Positions 48,516 through 58,602 of a stretch of 64,000 nt of DNA are shown in pieces; position 1 is the first letter of the stretch, and the number at the start of each line of letters is the position of its first letter. Source of the stretch: Candidatus Omnitrophota bacterium (lineage in GTDB: Bacteria > Omnitrophota > Gorgyraeia > Zapsychrales > Aceulaceae); the NCBI GenBank assembly GCA_028693815.1, contig JAQUUP010000002.1, positions 7,056 through 71,055 of the forward strand, read 5' to 3'. The notes below the pieces were generated by a model. That model saw only the letters and a list, made by a program, of their open reading frames with translations. It was not told the DNA's origin and made no database searches. The position numbers were made by a program, and so were the translations under genes.

Positions 48516-48755
48516 TTATTTAGGTGCAGTTGCCAACATAAAAGCAAAATAAGCCATAACGCAGAAAGAGAGAGCAGCAAAAATCAGGCCTATAGAGGTA
48601 AAAATTTTGCTGATAAGTTTTTTTTGTTTTTTATTTTTTTGATGTAGCTCGATGTCTTTTTGCCTTTGAGCTTGGTAGTCTTTGAAGTCCACCTGTTCAA
48701 CATCGGGGAGCAAAGCTTTTTTCTTTTGTTCTTGATTTTCGGTATTTTCAGTCAT
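48516..48755 (-). CDS. Small membrane protein, hypothetical
   Basis: Charged N-terminus followed by one C-terminal TM helix. Confidence 0.3.
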   Translation of the reverse strand: MTENTENQEQKKKALLPDVEQVDFKDYQAQRQKDIELHQKNKKQKKLISKIFTSIGLIFAALSFCVMAYFAFMLATAPK

Positions 48756-48959
48756 TGGTATCCTGTTGTGTATAAAGGGGTTATTTCTTTTTGATGGGAT
48801 TCAATATATCATAGGGAAAAAAGAGAATCAATCTTTTTATTATTTTGATTATTTCATTTCAATCTCTTGATTATCGCTCATAGATATGTTATATTTATCT
48901 TAGCCACGAAGCCACGAGAGTAATAAATTCATAATTCTTAATAATGGGATGATAAAAAT

Positions 48960-49274
48960 ATGAATAAAAGACTAAATGCTCGCTATGAGTGTCGTGTTCC
49001 TTTGTTGGATGAAAAGAGAGAAGTTCTCTCTAGTAGCCAGACTACTGATATTAGCAAGTCTGGTGTTGGTTTCGTTTCTGCTTGTTTTATCCCCGCGAAT
49101 ACTAATATGATGGTTGAACTTTCGCTGACAAGAGACGGCTCGCCTGTCTTGGTTCAGGGAAGAGTAAAATGGGTTGAAAGAATGAAAAATTCTTCGAATT
49201 TTCGTGTTGGCATGGTTTTTCCAGACATATCACCGCAAGCGGAGTCCCGTATAGAGAATTGTTTTAAAGATTAG
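48960..49274 (+). CDS. PilZ-domain protein (c-di-GMP receptor candidate)
   Basis: RYECR (RxxxR) and DISKSGVGF (DxSxxG) motifs. Confidence 0.65.
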   Translation: MNKRLNARYECRVPLLDEKREVLSSSQTTDISKSGVGFVSACFIPANTNMMVELSLTRDGSPVLVQGRVKWVERMKNSSNFRVGMVFPDISPQAESRIENCFKD

Positions 49275-49321
49275 AAGTTTATCACATCGCGTATTAAAGC
49301 CACGGAGAAAGAGAGTTTGAG

Positions 49322-49651
49322 GTGACCAAGGGTTATCAGGATCAACGTCTTTTTGATCGTGTCAATATTCGATTTCCGGTTAGGCTTTCAAGAGAAAATT
49401 CTCATGACTGTTGCAATACGGTTGTTCGAGATGTTTCGGCACAAGGAGTTAGGATCTATTCACCTGAAAAACTCTCTATTTTTGATAGACTTTCTTTATC
49501 TGTTGATATCCCTGGTTCGTCCGAACCTTTAGGGGTTGATGGGCACGTTGTTTGGGCTTCTGGTGAATCAACAAATTCTTGGCAAGCTGGAGTTAAGTTT
49601 GATTACCCGAACTTAATGAAAACAGGAATAATTCTGCACGCCTTCCAGTAG
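49322..49651 (+). CDS. PilZ-domain protein, second copy
   Basis: RLFDR and DVSAQGVRI motifs, with a probable GTG start. Confidence 0.6.
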   Translation: MTKGYQDQRLFDRVNIRFPVRLSRENSHDCCNTVVRDVSAQGVRIYSPEKLSIFDRLSLSVDIPGSSEPLGVDGHVVWASGESTNSWQAGVKFDYPNLMKTGIILHAFQ

Positions 49652-49780
49652 GATCTAAAGCAATACACAATTAATGCAAATAAAAACTTGACCCGCTGAT
49701 ATTTTCCGTGTTAAACTCGTTTTTCTAAAATTGTCATTAAATAATAACACTATTATAGAATTTATAAAATAGGGGAACTT

Positions 49781-52201
49781 ATGAAATACGGTCATTTTTC
49801 TAAAGATAATCTCGAATATATTGTTACCGCGCCAGAAACACCATATCCTTGGATTAATTATTTAACCAACGAAACATATTGTTCGATTATTTCACAATGT
49901 GCAGGTGGATATAGCTTTTATCGTGATTGCCGCACGAATCGTGTTACGCGTTGGCATCCAGAAGATTATCATCTTGATCGACCTGGAAAATATATTTTTG
50001 TTCGTGAAGATAAAAAAGCCTACTCGCTCACATATCAGCCTTTGCGTGCAAAACCATCTTATTATGCTTGTCATCATGGATTAGGCTATACTTCTATCGA
50101 TGCTGTCAATAGAGGATTAAAATCAAATGTCACTTATTTTGTTCCTGAAAAAGATCATTGTGAGGTCTGGATTGCAACGTTAACAAATCAGACAAAAAAG
50201 ACAAAGAACTTGGAAGTGTTTCCTTATGTTGAGTTTTTAATTGGTGATTATCACGAAGAGCTGCGTTATCGCAATATTATGAATCTTTATAATCGCGTTT
50301 GGTTTGATAAAAAGGAAAAAGCGATTTTTGCAAAAAAAACAGCACAGTGGCAAGGAATGAATATTCAGCCGTTTTCAAGCCAAATCTTTTTTGCTTCATC
50401 TTTAAATGTGGTAAGTGTTTGCACGCAAAAAGAAGCTTTTCTCGGTCGTTACAATAATGAAGAAAAACCAGATGCTGTTTTAAAAGAAAATGGATTTAAA
50501 GATTTTCCTGTTTGCTCTGGAGAGGATGGCATCGGATCGTTTAAGCATGTGATAAGCTTGAAACCAGGTGAGACAAAAGAATTTACGATTGTTTTAGGTC
50601 AGACAGAAAAGATGTCGGATATTAAGAGAATTTTAAAGAATTATAAAAAAGTTTCTTACGCTAAAGCACAATTAAAGAAAACTAAGAAAATATGGCAAGA
50701 CAGAATCATAGATAATATTGAGATTAAAACACCAGACAAAGATTTTGATACAATGGCCAACGTTTGGTTGAAATATCAAACATATATTTGTAATTTATGG
50801 TCAAGATCGCCAAGTTTTTTTCATGAAGGCTCTGGAGGCCGAGGGTATCGTGATTCTTGTCAAGATTCCGAAGCGATTGTTTCGATTAATTCAGAATTGG
50901 CTAAAAATAAGATTTTTAAGATTGCTTCTTTAATCCGACGAGACGGCACGTCTGCTCCTGGCTGGTCTGAAACAGACGGGCCACATAAATTTTTGCCTAA
51001 TAAAGATCATCAGATTTGGCTGACAACAACTGTTTGCGCATATGTTAAAGAAACAGGAGACAAAGCGATTCTTTCGACTAAATTGCCATATCTTAAGGAT
51101 CGATGGATCAAGGGATGGAAAATTGATACTAGTTGGAAAGGTGGGGCAAAGCAAGATGGTGAAGGAACATTGCTTGAGCATTTAGAGGCAAATTTGACAT
51201 TTTGTTTTAATGATGTTGGTGTTAAAGGATTCCCAAAGATTGGTCATGCTGATTGGAATGATGCGATTGATGCTGCTGGTATCAAGCATAAAGGCGAGAG
51301 CGTTTGGTTGGCACAGGCTTTGGTTCGATCGCTTAGAATATTGGCGGAACTTTGTGATTTTATTGGTGATCAGAATAAGAAAAATAAATACTTAAAGATG
51401 GCTGATGTTATGGATGCGCGCGTTAATGAAAAAGGATGGGATGGTCAGTGGTATGTGCGCGGATTTGATGACAATGGCCAAGTTTATGGAACGAAAAAAG
51501 ATAAAGAAGGAAAGATTTTTTTGAATGCGCAATCTTGGGCGGTTTTGTCGGGTATTGCTAAAAAAGATCGTCTTAAAAAAGTTTTAGATTCTGTCGACAA
51601 ACATTTAAATGGGCCGCATGGATTGGCTTTATTTGCGCCTGCTTATTCGTTTTGGGTCAAGCGGTTGGGACGCATTAGCATGTTTTCAGAAGGGACAAAA
51701 GAAAATGCTGCTGTTTTTTGTCATGCGGCAACATTTATGGCTGTGGCGTATGCAATGAGTGGTTGTGGTGACAAGGCTTATGAAGCGATTAAAAAGATTA
51801 TGCCAAATAAACAAGAAGATATGGAGCTGTACCGAACAGAGCCATATGTTTTTGCTGAATATTTAGTAGGTCCTCAAAATCCTTATCGATACGGGGAAGG
51901 TGCTTTTACTTGGATTACTGGAACAGCTGGATGGAATTTTATGGCTGCCACCGAATGGATCCTTGGTGTCCGACGAGATTTTAATGGACTTCGTATTGAT
52001 CCGAGCATCCCTTGTTCATGGAAAAAGTGTTTTGTTCGTCGTCCTTTTAGGGGTAGTATTTATGAAATCGAAATTCAAAACCTGAACGGCAAGCAAAGCG
52101 GAGTAAAACAAATTACTGTTGATGGAAAAGAAATAGAAGGAAATATTCTTCCTGTTTTCGCCGACAAAAAGACACATAAAGTTATTGTCACGCTCGGCTA
52201 A
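49781..52201 (+). CDS. GH94 disaccharide phosphorylase (cellobiose/chitobiose phosphorylase family)
   Basis: The N-terminus MKYGHFSKDNLEYIVTAPETPYPWINYL...AGGYSFYRD matches the conserved GH94 N-terminus, and the ~800 aa length fits. Confidence 0.8.
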   Translation: MKYGHFSKDNLEYIVTAPETPYPWINYLTNETYCSIISQCAGGYSFYRDCRTNRVTRWHPEDYHLDRPGKYIFVREDKKAYSLTYQPLRAKPSYYACHHGLGYTSIDAVNRGLKSNVTYFVPEKDHCEVWIATLTNQTKKTKNLEVFPYVEFLIGDYHEELRYRNIMNLYNRVWFDKKEKAIFAKKTAQWQGMNIQPFSSQIFFASSLNVVSVCTQKEAFLGRYNNEEKPDAVLKENGFKDFPVCSGEDGIGSFKHVISLKPGETKEFTIVLGQTEKMSDIKRILKNYKKVSYAKAQLKKTKKIWQDRIIDNIEIKTPDKDFDTMANVWLKYQTYICNLWSRSPSFFHEGSGGRGYRDSCQDSEAIVSINSELAKNKIFKIASLIRRDGTSAPGWSETDGPHKFLPNKDHQIWLTTTVCAYVKETGDKAILSTKLPYLKDRWIKGWKIDTSWKGGAKQDGEGTLLEHLEANLTFCFNDVGVKGFPKIGHADWNDAIDAAGIKHKGESVWLAQALVRSLRILAELCDFIGDQNKKNKYLKMADVMDARVNEKGWDGQWYVRGFDDNGQVYGTKKDKEGKIFLNAQSWAVLSGIAKKDRLKKVLDSVDKHLNGPHGLALFAPAYSFWVKRLGRISMFSEGTKENAAVFCHAATFMAVAYAMSGCGDKAYEAIKKIMPNKQEDMELYRTEPYVFAEYLVGPQNPYRYGEGAFTWITGTAGWNFMAATEWILGVRRDFNGLRIDPSIPCSWKKCFVRRPFRGSIYEIEIQNLNGKQSGVKQITVDGKEIEGNILPVFADKKTHKVIVTLG

Positions 52202-52233
52202 GAAAATTGTTAAAAATAAATAATTTTAGATCG

Positions 52234-55200
52234 CTAGAATCTTTTTTTGTAGAAAAGACGAAAGATGTTTTGTGTATCGATTGTAGGCGTTGTGCTTCCC
52301 ATGTATGGCGTTGAAGACGCATAGGCGCTATAAATTGACGGGCCTACACCATAGCTGAAACTTAGCTTACTATCTTCATCAAATAAATACTGTGCTTCAA
52401 AAAAGATGTTGTGATGATCTTTCATCACGATGTCTTCACTTCCGTTATAAACAACATCGTTAACATTTTTTAAGCGACTCCAAGTATATTTTGCGAAGAA
52501 CCCAAGTTTTTTTGTTGCAAGATAAGAAGCCGCAAGGCCAATATGATTCATGTTGTCATCAATTGGGCCTGCGTATTCGTATGGATTGCGGGCAAAGTCT
52601 AGATAGATATTCCATTGATCGTTAGGTGTGATTTCAATTCCTGTTCTAAAAATGTGGTGATATTCGTAAGGCGGCAAAGGAAAATTTCCTTGATCATAAA
52701 GATATGAATAAGTTCTTCTGTAGATGTTGTCATAGCTTTCGTATGTTGTTGTGCCGATATCGTTTAGAATCCCGCGAGGAAAGTTGTCGACTCCGGCAGC
52801 AAAATCATTGGTGTGTTCCCATGCTCCGTTCCAAGAAAGATATTTTGAGAAATCGTATTTTAATCCAATGGAGGTCGTGTATCCGCTTGGGTCGACCCCG
52901 TCTTCGATGGCGTCATTTAAAACAGGTTCACCGTTTGCATCTGTAATGTAAGGATCAACCCCTCCGGTTGTTTTTGGCAGATGGTGTCCAATAAGTAAGA
53001 GGCGTGTTTCTAACTTATCGGTTGCTTGATATGACCATTCCGTGCGTGCGACGGTTTCGATATACTTATTTGAGCTCGTGGCATGTGCGTTTCGGATATC
53101 TGTTAGTCCTTTTAATCTTCCAGACCAGAAAGAAGAATCTGTTCGCCAATTAATCACGTAACGACCATAGTCAATGCTGTTTCCAATACGAAACGGTTCG
53201 ATGTCATAATAAGAAAGGCCAGGGTAATTCATTGGATCGCGAAATGTGATGTGTCGACTCCAAAATTGATCGTCTTTGGTTTCGCGATAATTTGCTAGGG
53301 TTGATTCAAATCCGTTATCCATTCTGGTCATGCGTAATTGTGTTTTAAAAAATGTTTCTTCGTCTTTTTCTGGTTGTATTGCAAGATAGTTAGTGTCTGG
53401 AGATTCGATACCGTTAGTGGTGCCAACAATAGAAAGATCGTAAGCGTTGCCATCAGTACGTGTATTGTAATTTTCAAAAGAGCGATCTTGTTCAAGGAAA
53501 GAAAAAGCATATTCTGCTTTTATTTGAAGGCCAGGATTAATAAGCCATCCGGCATCGTAGCCACTGACGATATTGTAGGCATCAATATTACCGTTAATAA
53601 GGCCGAGATGAATATTTTCAATATTGCCAATATAGAAATTGTCGGAAACATTTTTTTGAATACGGAAACTCCCAGGAATTGCATCAAATTCGTCGTAGTC
53701 TTGCCATAGCGTTTTAGGTGAAGCGACAACCATATCAATCTGAGTGTCGTCTGTTGTCGTGTTAAGAGAGAACCCTCGTAGCGCTGTTAAGCGCTTGCCA
53801 TCACTATCTCGGGTTTGGAATGCTAAGGCATCGTTCCATCGACCTTTTGTAAAATCTTGAGGACTGTTCCATATATTGATGTGTCCAGGAGTCCAGTTAG
53901 CCAACCAAGGACTTTCTTCCCACCAGATATGGTTATTCGATAATCCCAAAGGATCATTAGAGCTTAAAGCTTTGTTTTCAAATCCGTAAGGGAAAAATTG
54001 AATCTTAGTTTCGTCTGTCGGTTGATAATCAACCCATAATTCTCTTAGAGGCCAGAAATTTTTCTTGACGTGCATGTCTGGATAAGTGAAGAAATTCACA
54101 TTTTTAGAAGTGAACATTCCTCCGGGGACTGTAGAGTTACTGACTTTAAGTTCGGGAAGCGCGATGATGTCACCGTAATCAAGTGTAAAAAGATTGCTGT
54201 TGACTGTGTAGCCCGTATTGCCCCAAGAGAGAAATTGGAGGTCAATGGTATCGACTAAGGCGTATCCTCTCAAAGTAAGCTTGTCAGTTTTTCCGGTAAA
54301 ACTCCATGGGTCAATAGTGATATTCGCGTGGTAAGAAAGCTTGCTATCTTTTGGATTAACGTCAATATCAAAGCTAAGCCGGTCGTAAATGCCTGGGTCA
54401 TAAGTATTCATTCTTTTGTTAAGCTGATCTGGTGAAATTAAACGCCAGTTTTTTTCATTTAAATCAAAATTGGCTCTGTTCCAAAGTAGATCATTGTTTT
54501 TAGCATCGTATCCAAGCCCAATACGAACTTCACCGCTAACATCTACATCCGCTTCTATTGTTTTATGTATTTTTTTTGAAGCAGCAGGATTGGGCGCTTC
54601 TTTAGATTCAGATACAGAAAGTTCTTTGGATTTGGATGAGCTATCAAGAATAGCAGTGGGTTTTGATTCGGTTATTGTTTTATTATTTCTAACACTAGCG
54701 GTATTCTTTTCTTCAGGCTTAGATAAATTATTTTTTTTAGGTTCAGATGAGACAACGGGGTCAGAAGTGGTTTTTGATATTTTTTCTGTCTTATTTGTTT
54801 TTATTTCATTGTTAGGAGCCGAAGAGCTTTTTGCTTGATATTTTCTTTCAATAGCATCGAGTTCTTTTGCTATTTTTTCTTCGATTGTTTCAATTTTTTT
54901 AGGTTTGGCAGGTTCCTTAGGTTTGGTTGCTTGTTCGGGTTTATCAAGTTGCTTTGGCGCATCAGGCTGCTTAAGTTTGTAAGAAGCTTGTTTTACAAAG
55001 CCACCTTTTTGTTCCTCAAAATCTTTAGACCATTTAATAAGTTCAACATATGCTCGAGCTTTTTGGCTAGCGGGATTGATTGCCAAGATTCTTTGAAATT
55101 CGATTAAAGCCTCATTGTATTGTCCTTTTTCGTAAAGCATGATAGCAAAATCAGTATCTACTGCAGAATCTGAAGCCAAGGTAAGAGAAGGTGAAAAAAC

Positions 55201-55266
55201 AAGAAATACCCACAATGCTATTGCACAGCAAGGCAATAGTATCATGCGCTTATGAAACGTTTTCAA
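52234..55266 (-). CDS. Large outer-membrane protein: signal peptide, short TPR-like segment, K/P/E-rich linker, ~750-aa predicted beta-barrel ending in Phe
   Basis: Cleavable N-terminus, a low-complexity KPKEPAKPKK region, alternating aromatic/Gly beta-strand-like C-terminal region, and an ...LFYKKRF terminus. Confidence 0.5.
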   Translation of the reverse strand: MKTFHKRMILLPCCAIALWVFLVFSPSLTLASDSAVDTDFAIMLYEKGQYNEALIEFQRILAINPASQKARAYVELIKWSKDFEEQKGGFVKQASYKLKQPDAPKQLDKPEQATKPKEPAKPKKIETIEEKIAKELDAIERKYQAKSSSAPNNEIKTNKTEKISKTTSDPVVSSEPKKNNLSKPEEKNTASVRNNKTITESKPTAILDSSSKSKELSVSESKEAPNPAASKKIHKTIEADVDVSGEVRIGLGYDAKNNDLLWNRANFDLNEKNWRLISPDQLNKRMNTYDPGIYDRLSFDIDVNPKDSKLSYHANITIDPWSFTGKTDKLTLRGYALVDTIDLQFLSWGNTGYTVNSNLFTLDYGDIIALPELKVSNSTVPGGMFTSKNVNFFTYPDMHVKKNFWPLRELWVDYQPTDETKIQFFPYGFENKALSSNDPLGLSNNHIWWEESPWLANWTPGHINIWNSPQDFTKGRWNDALAFQTRDSDGKRLTALRGFSLNTTTDDTQIDMVVASPKTLWQDYDEFDAIPGSFRIQKNVSDNFYIGNIENIHLGLINGNIDAYNIVSGYDAGWLINPGLQIKAEYAFSFLEQDRSFENYNTRTDGNAYDLSIVGTTNGIESPDTNYLAIQPEKDEETFFKTQLRMTRMDNGFESTLANYRETKDDQFWSRHITFRDPMNYPGLSYYDIEPFRIGNSIDYGRYVINWRTDSSFWSGRLKGLTDIRNAHATSSNKYIETVARTEWSYQATDKLETRLLLIGHHLPKTTGGVDPYITDANGEPVLNDAIEDGVDPSGYTTSIGLKYDFSKYLSWNGAWEHTNDFAAGVDNFPRGILNDIGTTTYESYDNIYRRTYSYLYDQGNFPLPPYEYHHIFRTGIEITPNDQWNIYLDFARNPYEYAGPIDDNMNHIGLAASYLATKKLGFFAKYTWSRLKNVNDVVYNGSEDIVMKDHHNIFFEAQYLFDEDSKLSFSYGVGPSIYSAYASSTPYMGSTTPTIDTQNIFRLFYKKRF

Positions 55267-55428
55267 AATAGTCTCCTTGAAAAAGTGAAAGTCATCATTT
55301 TTATTAATATATATAATAAAATGATTTGTTGAATAAGTATAGCATATAATTTCTTAGAAAATCAAGGTATCTCAAGTAAATTATTTAAAATAGATAATTT
55401 CTTGATTTTTCTTGTGTCGATTCTGATT

Positions 55429-55457
55429 TTGACAAAATAAAATCACTATGTTATACT
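55429..55457 (+). promoter_or_regulatory. Sigma70-type promoter for the sugar ABC operon
   Basis: TTGACA (55429-55434), a 17-nt spacer, then TATACT (55452-55457). An upstream 10-11-bp inverted repeat AGAAAATCAAG / CTTGATTTTTCT lies at ~55355 and ~55401. Confidence 0.45.
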
Positions 55458-55522
55458 GCCATTTCAATTAATTTGCACATTAAATTGACGATTGCTTAAA
55501 TAATGCAGAGGCAAAAATTTTA

Positions 55523-56818
55523 ATGAGAAAAATTTTTTTATTTCTTTTTTGTGTTGCTTTTTTCTTAGCAGGCTGTTCGCAGAGAAACCAAGCAAATGTT
55601 GTTAATGTTTGGCATTGGATGATTGATCGCCAAGAAACCTTCCTAGAGCTTGCTCAACAATATAAAGAACAAACAGGTATTGAAGTTAAGTTTGAACTAT
55701 ATGCTCCATCCGAGACGTATTCAAGAAAAATTATAGCTGCGGCGCAAGCACGTGTATTACCAGACATTTACGGCATTTTAGGTGACAAAAAGAAGCTCGC
55801 TTCTTTTATCAATAGTGGATTTGTGGCTGATTTAACCAAAGACTTTGAGGGCAATGGTGGAGCTTGGGAAAAAAGTATTTTTTCAAAAGCGCTAGATTCG
55901 AATCGTTTTGAAGAAGGAAATGTTTATAGTGTTAATTCAGGTATTTATGGAGTCCCGATTGATGTTATGAATATCCAAATGCTATACAACAAAGATCTTC
56001 TTGCTAAAGCTGGCATTAAGCGATATCCAAAAACTTTTACAGAATTTATGGAAGATATTGCTGCGCTTAACCGCATCGGAATTGAAGGTCTTATTTCTGG
56101 ATGGGGAGAAACTTGGATGGTTGACTGTTTTGCGTCTAACTATGCGTTTAATATTATGGGTGAAGAAAAAGTGATGGCAACATACAAAGGGGACGTTCCT
56201 TATACGGACGAAGATTGGATTAAAGTATTTACATTATTTAAAGATTTAAGAGAAAATAATGCTTTGGCTCAGGGTATTGTAACTAAAGGTAATAAGTATG
56301 CTGAGCAAGATTTTGCTTTAGGGCGTAGTGCATTTGCTTTTAATGGATCTTGGTGTGTCAATGTTTATAATGAGATGGATCAAAATTTAAATTATGGCGT
56401 GATGTTACCGCCTGTAGTTAACGAAGAAAGGCCGATGCAGATTTGGGGTGGAGCAGGGTCTTCTTTTGTTGTGAATGATAGCTCTAAGAATAAACAGCAA
56501 GCTATTAATTTTCTAAAATGGCTTACGGCTAAAGAGCAGCAGGCTTTTTTATCTAAAAAAACAAAAAATTTACCAGCTAATCGTTATGCGTTATCATCGA
56601 TTCCAGAAATTCTTTCGCAATTTGCAAGTGCAATGGACAAAACCACGCATCCTTCTATTTGGAAGTATAATGAGGACGCGATGGTTCAAGAGACGTTTGA
56701 TAGAGGGATTCAGTCAATTATTATTGGCGAAAAAACGCCTGAAGAAGTGGCCCAAGCTGTTCAAGCGATGAAAGTTCGCGAGATGGAAAAAGCTCAAAAG
56801 AGAATGAAGAGGCAATGA
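55523..56818 (+). CDS. ABC transporter sugar-binding lipoprotein (family 1 solute-binding protein)
   Basis: Lipobox FLAGCSQ, with size and composition typical of an oligosaccharide-binding protein. First gene of the permease operon. Confidence 0.8.
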   Translation: MRKIFLFLFCVAFFLAGCSQRNQANVVNVWHWMIDRQETFLELAQQYKEQTGIEVKFELYAPSETYSRKIIAAAQARVLPDIYGILGDKKKLASFINSGFVADLTKDFEGNGGAWEKSIFSKALDSNRFEEGNVYSVNSGIYGVPIDVMNIQMLYNKDLLAKAGIKRYPKTFTEFMEDIAALNRIGIEGLISGWGETWMVDCFASNYAFNIMGEEKVMATYKGDVPYTDEDWIKVFTLFKDLRENNALAQGIVTKGNKYAEQDFALGRSAFAFNGSWCVNVYNEMDQNLNYGVMLPPVVNEERPMQIWGGAGSSFVVNDSSKNKQQAINFLKWLTAKEQQAFLSKKTKNLPANRYALSSIPEILSQFASAMDKTTHPSIWKYNEDAMVQETFDRGIQSIIIGEKTPEEVAQAVQAMKVREMEKAQKRMKRQ

Positions 56819-57738
56819 AAAATAAGACGTTTGATAAGTTTTCATTTTTAAAGTTTAAAGATGCTACTGAAAACTATTTTTTTATTTTTCCTGCGCTTGC
56901 GATTTTTGCGGTTTTTTATATTTATCCATTTTTTGAGATTTTTAACTTATCTTTGCATGAGTGGAATGGAATTAGTTTAACACGTGATTTTATTGGCATA
57001 AGCAATTTTAAAGAAATTATGCAAGACAAAGTGTGGTGGTCATCGATGTGGCATGCAGGATACATCACGCTTATTGCATTAACGCTTCAAAATATGTTGG
57101 CTTTTGCCCTTGCTTTGTCATGTGATCGCGATATTCGTATGCGCAAGTTTTATCGTGTTGTTTTTTATTTGCCACCTGTTTTGTCTGAGATCGTTGTTGG
57201 TTTAATTTGGCAATGGATTTTAAATTCTGGCATGCAATCTGGTCAGCCGATTGGTCTTTTGAATTATTTCTTAACTAAGGTTCATCTGAATCATCTTGTT
57301 CATCATTGGCTTTCTGATCCTAAGACAGCCTTGACATGTATTGCTGTTGTTCATAGTTGGAAAGGATTTGGTTGGGGTTTTATTATTTTATTAGCAGGTT
57401 TGCAAACAATTGACCGCCAGCTTTATGAAGCCGCTTATGTTGATGGGGCAGGCGCATTCAGCACGTTTAAAAATATTACAGTTCCGATGATGATTCCAGT
57501 TTTTGTGATGGTTATGATTCTGACGATTTTAGGGTCGATGCAGGTTTTTGTTTTGGTGCTTTCGATGGTTGGTCAGGGACTAGTGTATCACACAGAGGTC
57601 CCGGTTACCCGCATTTTAAGTTCGATGACAGGGGCGAGTCGTTTTGGATATGCTTGTGCGCAGGGTATTGTTTTTGGTTTGATTTTAATGATGAGTGCGT
57701 TTATACTCAATAAGATATCAAAGAAAGCTAAGCAATAA
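56815..57738 (+). CDS. ABC sugar permease (MalF/UgpA type)
   Basis: 6-TM with the EAA-loop region AAYVDGAGAFSTFKNITVP. Confidence 0.8.
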   Translation: MKNKTFDKFSFLKFKDATENYFFIFPALAIFAVFYIYPFFEIFNLSLHEWNGISLTRDFIGISNFKEIMQDKVWWSSMWHAGYITLIALTLQNMLAFALALSCDRDIRMRKFYRVVFYLPPVLSEIVVGLIWQWILNSGMQSGQPIGLLNYFLTKVHLNHLVHHWLSDPKTALTCIAVVHSWKGFGWGFIILLAGLQTIDRQLYEAAYVDGAGAFSTFKNITVPMMIPVFVMVMILTILGSMQVFVLVLSMVGQGLVYHTEVPVTRILSSMTGASRFGYACAQGIVFGLILMMSAFILNKISKKAKQ

Positions 57739-57756
57739 TAAAAAAGAGGGTTTAGT

Positions 57757-58602
57757 TTGATTATTAATCGTTACAAGGCAATTAAAGTTATTGGTTCAAT
57801 CTTTACGCATACATTTTTAATGGCTGTGGCCATGACTTGCTTGTTTCCTCTTTTTTGGATGTTTCGTTCGGCGTTAATGACAAATCAGACCATATTTGTC
57901 GATAAAGGACTTATTCCAAGTTCTGTTCATTTTCAAAATTTTTATTTAGCTTGGACTAAAGGCGGCTTTGGAATGTATTTTGTGAACAGCGTTATTTATA
58001 CTGTGTGTGTTGTCTTTGGCATTGTTCTTGTTTCATCTTTAGCAGCTTATGCATTTTCACGGCTAAAATTTCCGGGAAAAAATTTCTTTTTTTATATGTT
58101 TTTAGCTGCTATGATGATTCCCTTACCTGGAAGCTTTGTTCCGCTGTATGTTTTAATGAATAAACTTCATTTGGCGAATACGCGTATTGGGTATATTTTA
58201 TGCATGATTAACGTCGGGCTTTCGTTAAGCATTTATCTGCTCAAAACGTTTTTTGATAAAATGCCATCGGATTTAGAAGATGCTGCGCGTATGGATGGAT
58301 GCTCAAAGCTTGGCATATGGCTGCACGTGGCTTTGCCTTTGGCACGTCCAGCAATTGCTGTTATTGTTATTTTTAACACGCTCAATGTTTGGAATGAGTA
58401 CGTTCTAGCCATGTTGCTTTTAAATGATAAATCGCTTATGCCTTTGCAACGTGGTTTGATGGTTTTTCAAGGGACGCATAGTGTAGATTATCCGCTTTTG
58501 ATGGCAGGCTTGACGATTACGGTTGCGCCTGTTATTTTAGTGTATCTCTTTATGCAAAAACATATTATAAAAGGTCTATCGTCAGGAGCAATTGTCGGAT
58601 GA
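57757..58602 (+). CDS. ABC sugar permease (MalG/UgpE type)
   Basis: EAA loop DLEDAARMDGCSKLGIWLHVALP. Confidence 0.8.
   Translation: MIINRYKAIKVIGSIFTHTFLMAVAMTCLFPLFWMFRSALMTNQTIFVDKGLIPSSVHFQNFYLAWTKGGFGMYFVNSVIYTVCVVFGIVLVSSLAAYAFSRLKFPGKNFFFYMFLAAMMIPLPGSFVPLYVLMNKLHLANTRIGYILCMINVGLSLSIYLLKTFFDKMPSDLEDAARMDGCSKLGIWLHVALPLARPAIAVIVIFNTLNVWNEYVLAMLLLNDKSLMPLQRGLMVFQGTHSVDYPLLMAGLTITVAPVILVYLFMQKHIIKGLSSGAIVG

Noticed and set aside
49652-49780. Possible -35/-10 (TTGACC ... TTAAAC) upstream of the GH94 gene
   Set aside because: The -10 hexamer is weak and several alternative alignments are equally plausible. Not confident enough to annotate.
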